Of a stretch of DNA of 64,000 nt, positions 1-13,000 are shown one piece after another. The DNA lies in assembly GCF_037042905.1 (NCBI RefSeq), contig NC_087252.1:4838001-4902000 (forward strand), given 5' to 3'. The notes under the pieces are model-generated. The model saw only the letters and a list, made by a program, of their open reading frames with translations. It did not search any database and was not told the DNA's origin. How positions within the stretch are numbered: position 1 is the first letter of the stretch; each line of letters begins with the position of its first letter. The DNA is from Lytechinus pictus. Lineage: Eukaryota. The position numbers were made by a program, and so were the translations under genes.

Positions 1-991
1 AACCGGAGAGTGACGAAGAGAAGAACAAAACGGTATTATAATTTTCTGTCTCTTGTGAATTAATTTCCGATGAAAACAAATATGGAACACTTTGACCTCA
101 ATCATAACAACCATGTGTGTACTCTGTTTGATGTTTGACATAAATATTATTTTGGTTGCTGTTTGTGTTTTGCATCCATCTATAATTAAAACTGCGGTCA
201 AGTGCAAAATTATATTGACAGTAATATTTAAAGAAAAATCAAGCTGTCTACATTTCATTAATAATACTGGTAATTACTATATTTATATGTCAGGTCTGCG
301 GTGTAATAAAGGAGAATTCAAATTAGAATGATTTTAATGCAATTCTAATGGCATTAAACACAATATGGCGATTGCATTTGATTTAAAAAAAACCTTACCA
401 TTTACATTTGACAATGCAAAATTAATGAATGGTGGTGAGTTTTTACCTGATTGCTAAAGAAAGCATGAATGCTTGTAAGCAAGCAACCAGAGGACCGATG
501 TCTTAAGGTCCTCTCCAAGGGACCTGGTAATGAGGATAAATGCCTTTCCAAAGGGCACTAGCGCACCACTTGGGAATCGAACCTGGTTCACCGGAATCCG
601 AAACCCCCCTCTACCGACTGAGCTATCGCTATTGATGGCAAAATTAGAATGCTCAAAGAAATATGCTATTATGAATTCTTTTGAAAATAGTGACAAAATA
701 AGGAATTTGCAGATTAAGTGTTTACATTTTTCTTTGTATTATGTGTCAGATAGGGTGTGGCCATAGGGATGGGCATGGCAGATTTACAAGAGATTGTGGA
801 TACCGGTCAGACTCTAAAAGATAAGGTTTGTTATAATTAATGGAATAAAGCTATGATGATGATGATGATGATAATTCTGGTGATAGTGATGATGGTTTTG
901 ATGATGATGATAGGGCTTGTAATGATGATGATAGGGATTGTGATGATGATGATGATGGTGATGGTGTTGATGTTGGTGATGATGGTGGTGG

Positions 992-1025
<34 letters not shown>

Positions 1026-4000
1026 AATGAGGATGGTGAGGATGATGAGGATGATGATGATGGTTATAATGTTAATTATTGTGATAGTGATGATGACAAT
1101 TATGATAGTAATAATGATGGTGATGATGATGATTATAATGATGACGGTGATGATAAAAGATTATGATGGTGGTGGTGGTGATGATGATGACCATGACGGT
1201 GATGATGATAATCATCACAGAAATTGTGATTGTGATGATGACAATGATGGCACATTTATTTGTGTGCAATATTTAATGCTCCAAATGTCGTAAGTTATAA
1301 ATAAAGACATCGATGATCCATCAGTTATGACTAATCTTAAACAGAATTAATTAAATTAAGAACAGCTTAAGATGCTCTGAATATTTCTGATGAAAATATT
1401 ATTTTAGGCTTTCAGTAACATGGTTTTCTCTCATTTTAACCTTCACAGGGCTACAAGAAGATTAGTCCATATTTTGTTCCAAAGATTCTTCCAAATCTTG
1501 CCGCTGGTCACATCAGCATTAAACACAAACTGAGAGTAAGTTATTTTTATGAATCATGGTTTGCAATTAAAGTTTGAAGCATTTTTATAAAGTTGTAATG
1601 ATGTCGGATATTGCTCAAAGTTATTGTGGAAGGCAGTTTGTAATTTACCTGAGAACTGGTGTTTGCTTGAAAAGCAATGGAATCGTCAAAGTGCAAATCT
1701 TCTGAAGGTCATTTGCACCGCTCACAGACACAGATCTAGAAAAGCATATACATGCATTGGACAAATCTCAGATGTTCTACATATATTAGTTCACATATTT
1801 TAATGTCTATTTATACATATATTTGGATGATATTTGATGTTTAATTTTAGTAAATTTGTGGAAATAAAATTTGGATTGAATTTGAATTGAATTGTACAAC
1901 TTTAGATGTTATTTTGTATATTTTAAATGTCACCAGGCAAAAAATACCATGCTCATTCATAAAAAATTACATAGATTCTACCGAGTCATTTGGCACATTA
2001 TTTTCATTTCATACAAACACTTTGGTGGTCATTTTGTTGGTTTTTATTAAAGTAACCTTAATAGTCTAAGATCTATGCAATAGGTGGAATGTTTGATAAG
2101 CATATTTTTAATAAAATCTCTTCCAGGGTCCAAACCACTGTGTTTCTACGGCTTGTACTACAGGGGTTCACGCACTGGGGGACGCATCAAGGTTTATACG
2201 TTATGGAGATGCCGACGTCATGGTAGCCGGTGCAACGGAGGCATGTATATGTCCTGTGGGATTGGCTGGTTTTGCTCGGTGAGTTCAGTATTTACACCCT
2301 TTAATACTTCAGGTATTGATAATTAGTTTTAATCTTCAAATTGGCAATATCAATGTCATGGTAGCTGGAGCAACAGAGTATATCCTGTAGGGTTGGCTGG
2401 GTTTTATGAGGTTAGTATTTATATTCTTGCTTCAGACATTTATAAATTTTTAATCCTCAAATTGGCAATTTTTGTTCTTCATCTTCCTTCAAATTTTCCT
2501 GTCAAATCAACAATTCCAAGCTTTATGTATAATATGACCAAATTACTGCAGTTATTAAAAACTTTTTTAATCCTCAAGTTGGCACATGATGATGTCATGG
2601 TAGCCGGAGCAACATAGGCTTGTATATGTCATGTAAGTTGGCTGGTTTTACTTGGTGAGTTTGGTATTTTTCTACTTGCTTCAGGTATCAACAAGTTTTT
2701 ACTCCTCATGTTGGCAATGTTTTTTTTCCTTTTCCAACTTGTCTGAGGTTTGCCTGTCATATCAACAATCCCATGCTTTACCTTCACTGTGACCAGTATA
2801 CTTCAGTGCCTCATTATACTTGATACTTGATGTAGTAATCCCTTTGGCAGCTCATACAGGAAGCTATACTGGGATGATGAATAATTGAGCCACTGGAAGG
2901 AGCATCATGAAGTGTAGAAATGGTGATGGATAGACATAGCAATTTGTATATACAGTAAAAAATACTATGTTGAGTGCAAGTAAAAACCAATTAGCTATTG
3001 ACTTTAAATCATTTGGGATCCAACAGGAGGCTGCATCATTCTGATGTAGGGAGAGCAGCCTCCTTGAAACTGGACATTCCTTTGGTGTTGACAGCTGAGC
3101 TGGTTAGGTTGTTCCAGTTCCTTATCGTTCTTAGATAGAAGGAGAACTTGAAGGGGTCGATTATCATATTCCTTTACACTCCATGAAAGAGAATTACGAT
3201 GGCTGCAATTTTTTTGTTTAATTGAGATTACTCTATCCAATTTTCTCACCCTTGTAGAGCGAGGGCGCTAAGCACAAAGTTCAACGATTCACCTGAGAAA
3301 GCATCAAGACCATTTGACAAGGAGAGGGATGGCTTTGTGATGTCCGAAGGGGCTGCTGTAGTAGTTCTCGAAGTGAGTGTATATATATGAGACTTGAGCG
3401 CCACTTGCTCAAATGAACAATAGTCTTGGTAATGATGATAATAATTATATAACAAAGCTATTCTTATGATAGGCATATTAAAACTGCTCTCCAATTTTAT
3501 GTACAACAAAAAATGTCTTTGAAATGATTCCAGTGATGTCCAATGCTGCATGGACACCATGACAATTTCAAAATTTTCTTTTGAAACTACAATGTATGCA
3601 TAGGAAATCTGAGGTATTTAGCTAATTGACTTAAAAAGTAAATGTATGTATTGTTTCAAGTTTTAGTTGTCTAATTGCATTAATTTATCTTTTAGGACCA
3701 AATGTAAATATATCCCAAATGCTACACGGACACTGTGTCCACTAAACAGCATTATACTCTGTTTTGCTTAATAACTTCATGGATAATTAGTTTAAATGGC
3801 CCCAAATTTCCAGTAAAATGTATGGTCTTAATACAAATGTAAAGCCTACAAACAATAAATGTATATTATAATTAGTATTGAGTTATGTTTAAATGTCACA
3901 ATTTGTGCCCCAACTTTATGGAAAGACCCATGTATATATTTGAGTAATTTTGCTTACCAAATTTGATTAGCATTTTTGGTCATGAGAGAAAAGCTCTCAA

Positions 4001-7000
4001 CTATTAAGTTTTGTGTAGTCCTATGTAAAAATCTGCGACGCCAAAGACCTTTTGGAGCAGTCTTTAAAAAAGTGGAGCATATGGAATGTGAAAGCCTCTG
4101 AAGCAATGAATTCTTGGAGTTTTAATGGAATAATATCATTTTATAGGAAATGGAGCATGCGAAGTCAAGAGATGCTACAATCCTGGCTGAAATCCTTGGT
4201 TATGGTCTCTCAGGTAATGATTTGATTAAGAATGTCAGCAAAGTGATGAAAATAATGTTTCAGTGCAATGAATTGAGTCTTTGTTTATCTATCTATCCAT
4301 CCATCCATCCATCTGTCTATCTATCTATGTATGTTTCATTTATTGAATTATTTATTTATGTTATTTATCTATTTTTCATTTATTTAATCAATTATTTATT
4401 TTATTCATTTATTTTTCATTTATTGATTTAATTATTTATGTTATTTATTTTTTAATTATATAATCAATTATTTATTTATTTTATTTATTTATCTATTTAT
4501 TTTTCATTTATTTAGTTAATCAATTAATCATTTTCTTTTATTTTAGTTAGTTAGTAGATTAATTATTTATTATTATTATTTCTTTTTTGCAGCAAATTAA
4601 TTTCATTTTCATTCTTTTTGTTGATTACATAATGCTCCGATGATCATGACTTGATCATTCAGATTTTTGATACATGACATGTTATCCTTTCATTTGAAAC
4701 ACAATTTTCTTGATATTTCAGTTGATTTTGTTTTAATAGTTTGACAGGAATTGAAATTGAAATATTGAATCTTGTAGATAACCCCTGTACAAATTCAATG
4801 GAGGAAATCCCTTGTTGAACTTTTTTTGTCAAATGCGTTAAAAAAATTTGTAATGAGGATACATGCCTAATGTAATTTATGTCAGCATACATGAATGTAT
4901 ATGTTAAAGAACATGTTTTTGCTCATGTAATTTGCTTTTAATATGTGATGTTTGATTTTTGTCAGGTGATGCAAGTCACATGACATCACCGAGTGAGAAT
5001 GGTGTTGGGGCTGAGCTGTGCATGACGAGTGCCCTGCGTGATGCTCAGATGAGTCTGAAGGATGTTACGTACATCAACGCACACGCCACATCTACACCAA
5101 CAGGTCTGTTAATCATTAGTCTTAATTGTGATAGTCTCCATCATAGTCATCATCCCCTCAATCATCAATGTCAACATCACATTCATCATATATCATCAAC
5201 AGCCAGACGCGGATCCAGCTGGATTAGACACAATATCATATCAGAGGCCATAATATATTTGCACAATAGCCGGCCTCTCATAATTATGTTTCTAATCCGG
5301 CTTGATCACACCTGTCTTCAACAGTATTATTAGTTACCACCACACACATCATCATTTCGACCGCACCACCTATATTATCATTTTCATTATGTAATTTTCA
5401 TGAGTCACCATTGCCTTTACTACCACCAATTCGATCATCATTATCTTCATTTTTTATCATGATTATTAACACCACCACCAGCACATTTATTATCATCATC
5501 ATCATCATCACCAACATCATTATCACCATTACGTCCATCATCACATTAATCAGTATCACCACCACCACCCCTATCATCACCAACACTACCTTCATGATCC
5601 CCCTCACCACTACCATCACTACTTCCTTCAACTCAATTCATCATCATTACCACTGCCTAAATATTCAATGCTACACCATCATCATAATAAAAAAATCAAG
5701 ATCACCATGATAACAATCAAGATATTTGATTATGGTCAGTCCCTTCGCAATCGAGACCATCCTCGATCTCATCCATCTATCATTTTCCTCTCTACACAGG
5801 AGATGCCATTGAGAACATGGCAGTAAAGAAGCTCTTTGGTTGCCATAGTGACCATCTTCCAGCGGTATCCTCCACGAAGGGAGCAACAGGTCATCTGCAA
5901 GGAGCAGCTGGAGCAATAGAAGCTGTCTTTACCATCATGGCATGTCATACGGTAAGGTCTATTATCAAAATTTTATTTAAAGATCTGGAAGTACAACACA
6001 CAGTTGCAACGTCTTGCCAATTATCGACTGGCTACTTCGGGCGAATGACAAACCTGTTAAAAGGAAGGCCCTTATAATGCCAGAGATTGTGCAGATTCTG
6101 TGCTCATTGAACTATGTTCAGCATGCAAAAATAGGTTCATCATTCACCCAAAGATGCCAATTAGGAATCAATCTAAATTATTGAGAATCTTTGGTTTCAT
6201 AAAGTTTCATGAAACAAATAGTGCTTTCCACTGACAAATTTGCTTTGAGCCAATCAGATGCAAGGTTTGTTATATATACCGATTGGCATAATTTTTACTA
6301 TTGCCCTATCCAGAAAAATAGATGATATATTATAAAACAAATGTTGACTGCTCTTATTCAGGTAATAGTCTATTATTCATCAATGAACTAGAGACTAATA
6401 AAGAGTTTCCCTTGAATTTTAGTTGAAAATCAGTTCAAGACAAAAGTTATCCTATTGCCCTCATAACCAGTCAATATTGAATTAAAATAGTCCAGATAAG
6501 ATTCAAATTGACATAACATTGCTAGATGGGGCTCGTTCCATAGAGTTATAACTATTGTAACTTTGCCATTATGTCAACTACCATGGTAACCTTGATTGTG
6601 ATTGGCTGTTGAGCCCTGTTACCATGGTAGTTGCCATAATGGCAAAGTTACAATAGTTGTCTCTATGAAATGGGCCCCAAATGTGTATATACGATTACGA
6701 ACTTGAGGCTTGCAATAGCCACAAACTTCTACTTTATTCTAATACAACTAAATTTCATATCCTCCCATCAGGGGCGGATCCAGGATTTTTCGCAAAAAAA
6801 AAAAAGGGGGGGGGGGGGTTAACCCGAAATTAAGGGGATTTCTGACAACCAAGCAAAAAAAAAAGAAAAAGGGTCTTCACTTCCCAAAAAAAGGGGGGGG
6901 GGCACACTTCTGTTTTTAACGGCATTTTCACATAAAAAATTTAGTTGTGCCTCTCTAAAGGGGGGGGGGCACGGACCGGCTGTACCCCCCCCCCCCTGGA

Positions 7001-7537
7001 TCCCATTATCTGATTTCAATCCTTTTGTTCCTTCTCTTTTTCTTTCTTGTATATACACGCATATATGAATAAGTCGACAATATTTGTTTCATTTCCAAGG
7101 GGGATTCACACTTTACAAGCTTTGCTTTTAGTGGACCCCCCTCATTTCCATTTATGCTCAATTTTATCCTTTTTTTACAAAGAATATTCATCTGTAAAAT
7201 TGTATATGATTTATATTACATGTACTTTGTATAATGTTTTGAATGGAAATGGAATAAAGAATTGAATTATCTCTCAAGGAACAGCATGTCTGAATATGCA
7301 TATTTACGAGAACATTAATATTTATTTTAGAGTGTTTTATTTTCTTTGCTCCAGGCACAACTCCCACCAACGATCAACCTAACTTCAACGACCCCAGAGT
7401 TTGATCTTAACTATGTCCCCCTGACCTCACAACCTTGGGAAACGACACGTGACGGGTCAACACGACGGGTCGCCCTGACCAACTCATTTGGGTTCGGTGG
7501 TACCAACGCCTGCCTGTGTATAGGAAGTGTATCGTGA
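1..7537 (+). CDS. OXSM: 3-oxoacyl-[ACP] synthase, mitochondrial (FabF/KAS II-like); 5' end lies outside the window. Coding exons: <1-32, 754-825, 1449-1535, 2127-2278, 3258-3372, 4147-4213, 4966-5103, 5800-5951, 7355-7537
   Basis: Spliced translation: ..[21 protein letters not shown]../[53 protein letters not shown]../[28 protein letters not shown]/..[49 protein letters not shown]../..[18 protein letters not shown]. The Cys-His-His triad motifs are intact, all introns are GT-AG and phases match. Confidence 0.96.
455..629 (-). mobile_element. tRNA-derived SINE (family A)
   Basis: Minus strand reads gcgatagctcagtcggtagag..ggttcgattccc (Pol III A and B boxes), then a body shared with 63915-64000. 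Confidence 0.75.
853..1250. repeat. Degenerate (ATG/GTG)n trinucleotide tract
   Basis: Direct inspection; intronic in OXSM. Confidence 0.92.
4288..4582. repeat. (ATCT/ATCC)n grading into (ATTT)n low-complexity tract
   Basis: Direct inspection. Confidence 0.85.
5400..5690. repeat. Degenerate (CAT/CAC)n tract
   Basis: Direct inspection; intronic in OXSM. Confidence 0.85.
6528..6678. mobile_element. Palindromic MITE (~150 bp)
   Basis: Long inverted arms around a central gattggct; same family as 40675-40831. Confidence 0.8.
6770..7004. mobile_element. GC-tailed non-autonomous element; related copy at ~54837-55100
   Basis: ggcggatccagg...cctggatcc termini; interior ttctgtttttaacggcatttt is reverse-complementary to aaaatgccgttaaaacagaa at ~54922. 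Confidence 0.6.
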
Positions 7538-9797
7538 AAGGAGATATGTGATCATCCACTTCAAAACCTGAACTATTGGGGCGTAAAAGAAACTTAATGT
7601 TTGATTAAAAGTCAAGATTGGGTGTCGTAAGAAAGATGAGTTGAAGCTGAACACAAAACAATTACAAATTTGAACGTAATCAATTTGAGACTTATGCTTG
7701 ATTGGAATTAAACAAAACTTTCTTGCGATGCCTCTTACATGCAAGTGCACAAGCAAGGTTCTCTGTAAATGGGCATATTAGTCATTTTGAGCTTCAAATT
7801 CAGAATTTAGACGACTAACTTTTGTGGAAAAACAAGTCTTTTTATTTCTGGAATCTAAATAATAATATATGTAGCTGAGAACCTTGGCACCAATAGGTAG
7901 ATAAGCTGTAAATGGGGAAATGTGCAATGGAGAGGAAAATTGATGAGGCGTCCAATGCTATAGGAGTCCACTGGGACAGCGCCAGTTTGTGTAATGCGAA
8001 GCGGCTGTGGAGCCTACATGTAGTGTTACCCAGCCAGAAGGTGCCTAGTTGCATGCAGTTGCTCAAAATGGCTCCTAACAGCGACAAAATTTCACAAAAA
8101 ATAAATTTGGCGTGACAAAAATTTCAAACATCTCGTTGAATTTTTGGCACCACCAGTTGGGGGGGGGGGCAGTTACATGTAGAGCCACTGCACGTCACTA
8201 CGCGCCACAGCTGCTTTGAATTGGTGCGAATTGGCCCGAGCCCATTGGACTCCGAGCATAACGTGTCAAACTACTTGACCGTCCATCATCACTCTTGTGG
8301 ATGGCTCACTAACTTGTGATGTTTGAACACGTCGACAACAACACAGCTCTTTCCAGGACCAACATAAACTCAAGAAGAAACAACACTAAGTTCAGTCAAT
8401 TAACTCATAATACAATTGCAGGATGTTAAATCATTATCATTAAACCATTATAATTGAAGTTTTCATGATTTATATGGTTATATTCACAGTTTGGCTAATT
8501 ATGTATCACATGATTATTTTTATAAAAATACACTATTGGTCTGTTTGTATACATCGTTACTCAATCTTTTTTAAGAATTGCAAAAAGCATACTACAATAT
8601 ACTTGTTTAATAAAACATCAATATATCATTTTGATAAATATTTAATAATTACACATTATTGGTTTATTTAGTATTCTCTGTTTGCTGGTGTTTGTAAGCC
8701 AATAACTAGGCTTTGGTAGAGTTACCTATAAATCTCTCGTGTGTACATGTTAGTGGTGCTTTTCAGGATTCTAATATTGATATTCATATTATCATTAAAC
8801 AAAATTCTTATACAGAGACTATTGGAGCAGTTGGTCATGAATAAAAAATGACGAATGCAAAAAAATTATTTACTGTGTACATTAAAATTTGCATTTTGAA
8901 AATAAATTAACCCTTTCTAAAACAAGGCACAAAAATAAGTACAAGGTGAATTTCAGATTAATAGGCATCTGCATCCTAAATCAAACATACAAACCTACAT
9001 TATTTATGATAGCTTAAAGGCTTGAAGTACTGATTTTTTCCAGAAAGTGCAAAATAATTAAGAAGTAAATACATCCATCTCCTTGTTAAAGGCATTTATT
9101 TTAATTCCTCATTGAATTAAAATTAAATCTCTGCACGCTCCACCCGTCAGAATATTTGCACCATAAGCACATATTACTTCTATGAATCTTCCATCACACA
9201 TGCTGTACCAGTTGAAACCTTCTTAAAAGACATTTAGTCCACTTTTGTCCAATGACACAGGCTTGGACCAATGTACCATAAGATACCCTCATCCTTATTT
9301 TTTTTCTCACCTTAACATGACAGTGGTTGACACCGTAAGCACCATCAGTTTATATACCTCACTAAATCCCCAATATCAGCCTCTTGAAGTATGTCTTTGA
9401 GCTAACCGCTTGTTTGTCTTCCACTGTGCAAAGCTGTACCTTGTAGCTCTCTGGGGGTACCTGCATGTTGCACCAGCTGACACCGATGTGCTGCTTGAAA
9501 CACCATCAGTATGTATACCTGACTAAATCCCCAATCTCAGCCTCTTGACGTATAACTTAGAGCTCTTCCATATCACCACCGGTTGTCTTTCACGGTGCAA
9601 AGCAGTACCTCATAGTTCTCTGAGGGACACTGCATGTTGCATCGGTTTAAACCGTTGCATCGGTTGAAACCATGTACCATCAGTATATATACCTCACTAA
9701 ATCCCCAATCTCAGCCTCTTGAAGTACATGTCTTTGTGCTCTTCTATATCTTCTATATACTGCTTGAAATCGTTGCATCGGTTGAAACCATGTACCA

Positions 9798-10056
9798 TCA
9801 GTATATATACTTCACTAAATCCCCAATCTCAGCCTCTTGAAGTATATCTTTGAGTTCTTCCATATCACCACCTGTTTTTGTCTTCCACTGGGCAAAGCAG
9901 TACCTCATAGCTCTTTGGTAGTCCCTGTTAAACCTATCTGCGATTCCTTCAGCTTCGTTGAACCCAATACCAAGGTTGATACACAACGTTGTGTAGGCAT
10001 CAACAGGTACGTATTTGGCTAGTCTGTCCAGTATTGCGTCCGCTTTCAGATCAGAC
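9798..10056 (-). CDS. Novel gene terminal coding exon: death domain
   Basis: DAILDRLAKYVPVDAYTTLCINLGIGFNEAEGIADRFNRDYQRAMRYCFAQWKTKTGGDMEELKDILQEAEIGDLVKYIY* fits the six-helix death-fold pattern (LxxLA..LxxxLG..W..LxxxLxx). Confidence 0.88.
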
Positions 10057-13000
10057 CTACAAAAGGATGATATGCATTTTGGCTTAAAAGACGTTTAATA
10101 CAATGGCTTGTGTTATCATCATCATCATCATCATCAAAGTTATAAATCCATTCCCCTCCCCCCCCCCAAGAACGGGGATGGCCGGATTCACCTCACACTT
10201 GCAGCAATCACCTTTACCCCCCCCCCCCCCCCTCTGAACTCAAGATCAATTTACACTCTGGTCTAAAGTTGTGGTTTATTTGTGGAGAGTCAGATGTTGC
10301 ATAAACCTGACATTGCTGACTAAATCTATCAGCTCATTTTACACTCGAATCATTTGTACCTCTCTGGAAATGATTTTAAAAAATAAGTTCTTTTCATCAT
10401 GAGAGTATGAGAAAACAAGATTCAGGACATACACTAGTGAAATGCAAAAGCGTCTCTTGAAAAGACATACTGTACCTCTGTGAGCTAATAAAGAATAAGC
10501 CCTTTTAAAAAATGAATGGATGAAATGATGCTTCTGATAAGACACCTGGGGCCCATTGCATAGAAGTTACTATACTAACATCCACTGGTAACTACCATGG
10601 TAAAAATGGACAACAGCCAATCAAAATCAAGGATTCCATGCAAGTTACCGCTGGATGGCAAAGTTACCATAATGGTAACTTGTGCAACAGGGTACTGGGG
10701 AGCCTATAATCTAAGCAGAGGCTGCAACTCATTTATGAGGTAAATCTTTAACATAACAAATACATCTTATTTGCCGAGACTATAAACACTGGCTTCTGAG
10801 CAGTCGTCTATTCCTTCTCATCTAGCTTTAGTCATGGTTTTCTTTATAATCAATGAAAGTCCCGTGGCAGTTTTTCACACAAAAAAAATCAGCCTGGCTC
10901 ATAGTCAATACAAATAAAATGGCTGCTATTAAAACAGATGGTATAGGCAATGGTTATTTCACAACCACTGTTTGTATTCTCTCCAGAGCAGAGACACCTC
11001 TTAAATTAGCTTATGAGATAAGTAGCTACAGCCTCCGTCCGCCTTGATTACAGCCTAACATCAGGGTGGAATTTTCATTCAAACTTACTCTGCAGGTGTT
11101 GCTGCAGCTGCTACCATTGCAGCAGTGGTTGCTGTAGTCAAAGCTGTTGCTGGTGTCGTTGTTATTGCTGATGTCATTGCTGCTGGTTTTGCTCTTGCTA
11201 CTTTCGTTGATGCTGCTGCCGTAGTAGTTGCCGGATCTTTAGTCAAGAAGGAAAGAATTACATTGAAGATATTCAATGATAAGTCCAAAAGTCTGATGTC
11301 AGTCAAGCATTTTTATGGTAGAGCTGCATAAACCCACCTTTTTAATGTCTAGATATATCCACTCTATCAGTTGTGGGTTGGTCTATATGGAGGTTCACTT
11401 ATCAGTTTTGCTTCTTTACATTTTTTTTTCTTCATTGATTAAGATTGCATTATTATTTTCCTCAGTAATTTATAACAGGCAGCAAATTGAACGCTTGGAA
11501 ATACCTGCTTTAAGCGCCATACAAATGTTATAATAATAATTATTATTATAGAATGGTATCATAGTATATAATAATTGCTGGAGATTGTTTGGTCCGAGAA
11601 CAAGTCATCAATCATCTTATTAAAGTTGTGCGTAACTAATGAACAGCATTATGAAACTGACCCCTGTGATTCTTAAAGAGGAAATTCACCCTGGCAATAT
11701 TAAAGTTGGTTTAATAAAAGCAGAAAACTTTGAGCAAAACTATTGGTAAAGACTTGATGAAAATCCATGAAAGAATATGATGACTCTTAAAACATTGTCA
11801 ATTTGTGACATCATATGCGAGCAGCTCCCCCATATATCATGTAATTTAAATTGAGTATGATGAATAAATATATTTTCTTACAGAAGGGGGTACAAAATGA
11901 TCCCACTGATGTTATATCCCCAGCACAAATAAAATGACTTTCAATCTTTAGAGAAAATAACACTTTGGGGAATTTACATCACACAACAGATATGGAGGAG
12001 CCGCTCGTCTGTGGCATCCTACGAAAAAAAAAAAAAAACTGTTATTCTTTGACGGATTTCCATCAAACCATCAGCAAAATTTTGCACTAATTTTGCTGAT
12101 TCTATTTAAACCAACTTATTGTCAGGATGACCTTCCCTGAAAACAGGACATGGAGCACGCACTACGTACCATCATATGGCAAGATGAATCGAAGCATCGT
12201 AGGAGATGATGAGAGTGATCTGACTTGTTTTAACTTGAATCTAAAGAACCTCTGACTTGGGTCCGTCACTGATGACATGACATCGAAGGTAAGTTGTCTT
12301 CTATCAAGTCGTTGAAAATCTTGTTCATCTACATGCTACTTGAAAGAGAAAATAAACATTGATTTGAGCACTACCAGAGATGGTTTATTTTCAGTTGGTC
12401 TTATGCCAATTCGTCAAATTCCAACTCGTCTATTAGCATTTGGTCTACCATCAGTTCGTCCCATTTCCACATGGTCTAATAGCCATTTCGACCACTCACC
12501 ATTTCGTCTAATAACCAGTTGGTCCGATAGCCATTTAGTCCATATAGCATTTGGTCTAATTAGACTAAGTGTTAATTGTTAATTGGGCAAAATGAATGAA
12601 AATAAAACGGATATTAGACCAACTGGTTATGAGACAATATGGTCATAGACAAAATGGTGATTAGACAAAGTGATGATTGGACCAAATAGTTATTGGACCA
12701 AATCTTGGAAATCTACATGCTATTTGATGCTACCCTTCTTCAACAAAATATATTCATGGAAAAAAAAAAAATTTCCAACTGGAGCAACTGCCAACCTGTA
12801 GCTGTCGTATGAAATTAAAAAAAAGAAAGATGCAATATGGCCAGAGCTATCTACGCATCTGGTTACTGTAAAAATTGAGCATACACTTAAGAATAATATA
12901 ATGCATATCAATTCTAACAACTGCTTATCTGCTCCCATTCTTTTCTCTGCATTCTTAATGCACATATATTTTGTGTTATTGCTTTTATTATATTCAGTTT

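Noticed and set aside
560..629. tRNA gene; similar heads at ~37290-37362, 53932-54000, 60511-60575 and 63915-63965
   Set aside because: A and B boxes are present, but the cloverleaves are degenerate and continue into shared SINE bodies.
853..1293. 146-aa poly-Met ORF; similar Met/Ile/His-rich ORFs at 5398-5710 and 17038-17558
   Set aside because: Translation artefacts of (ATG/CAT)n microsatellites inside introns.
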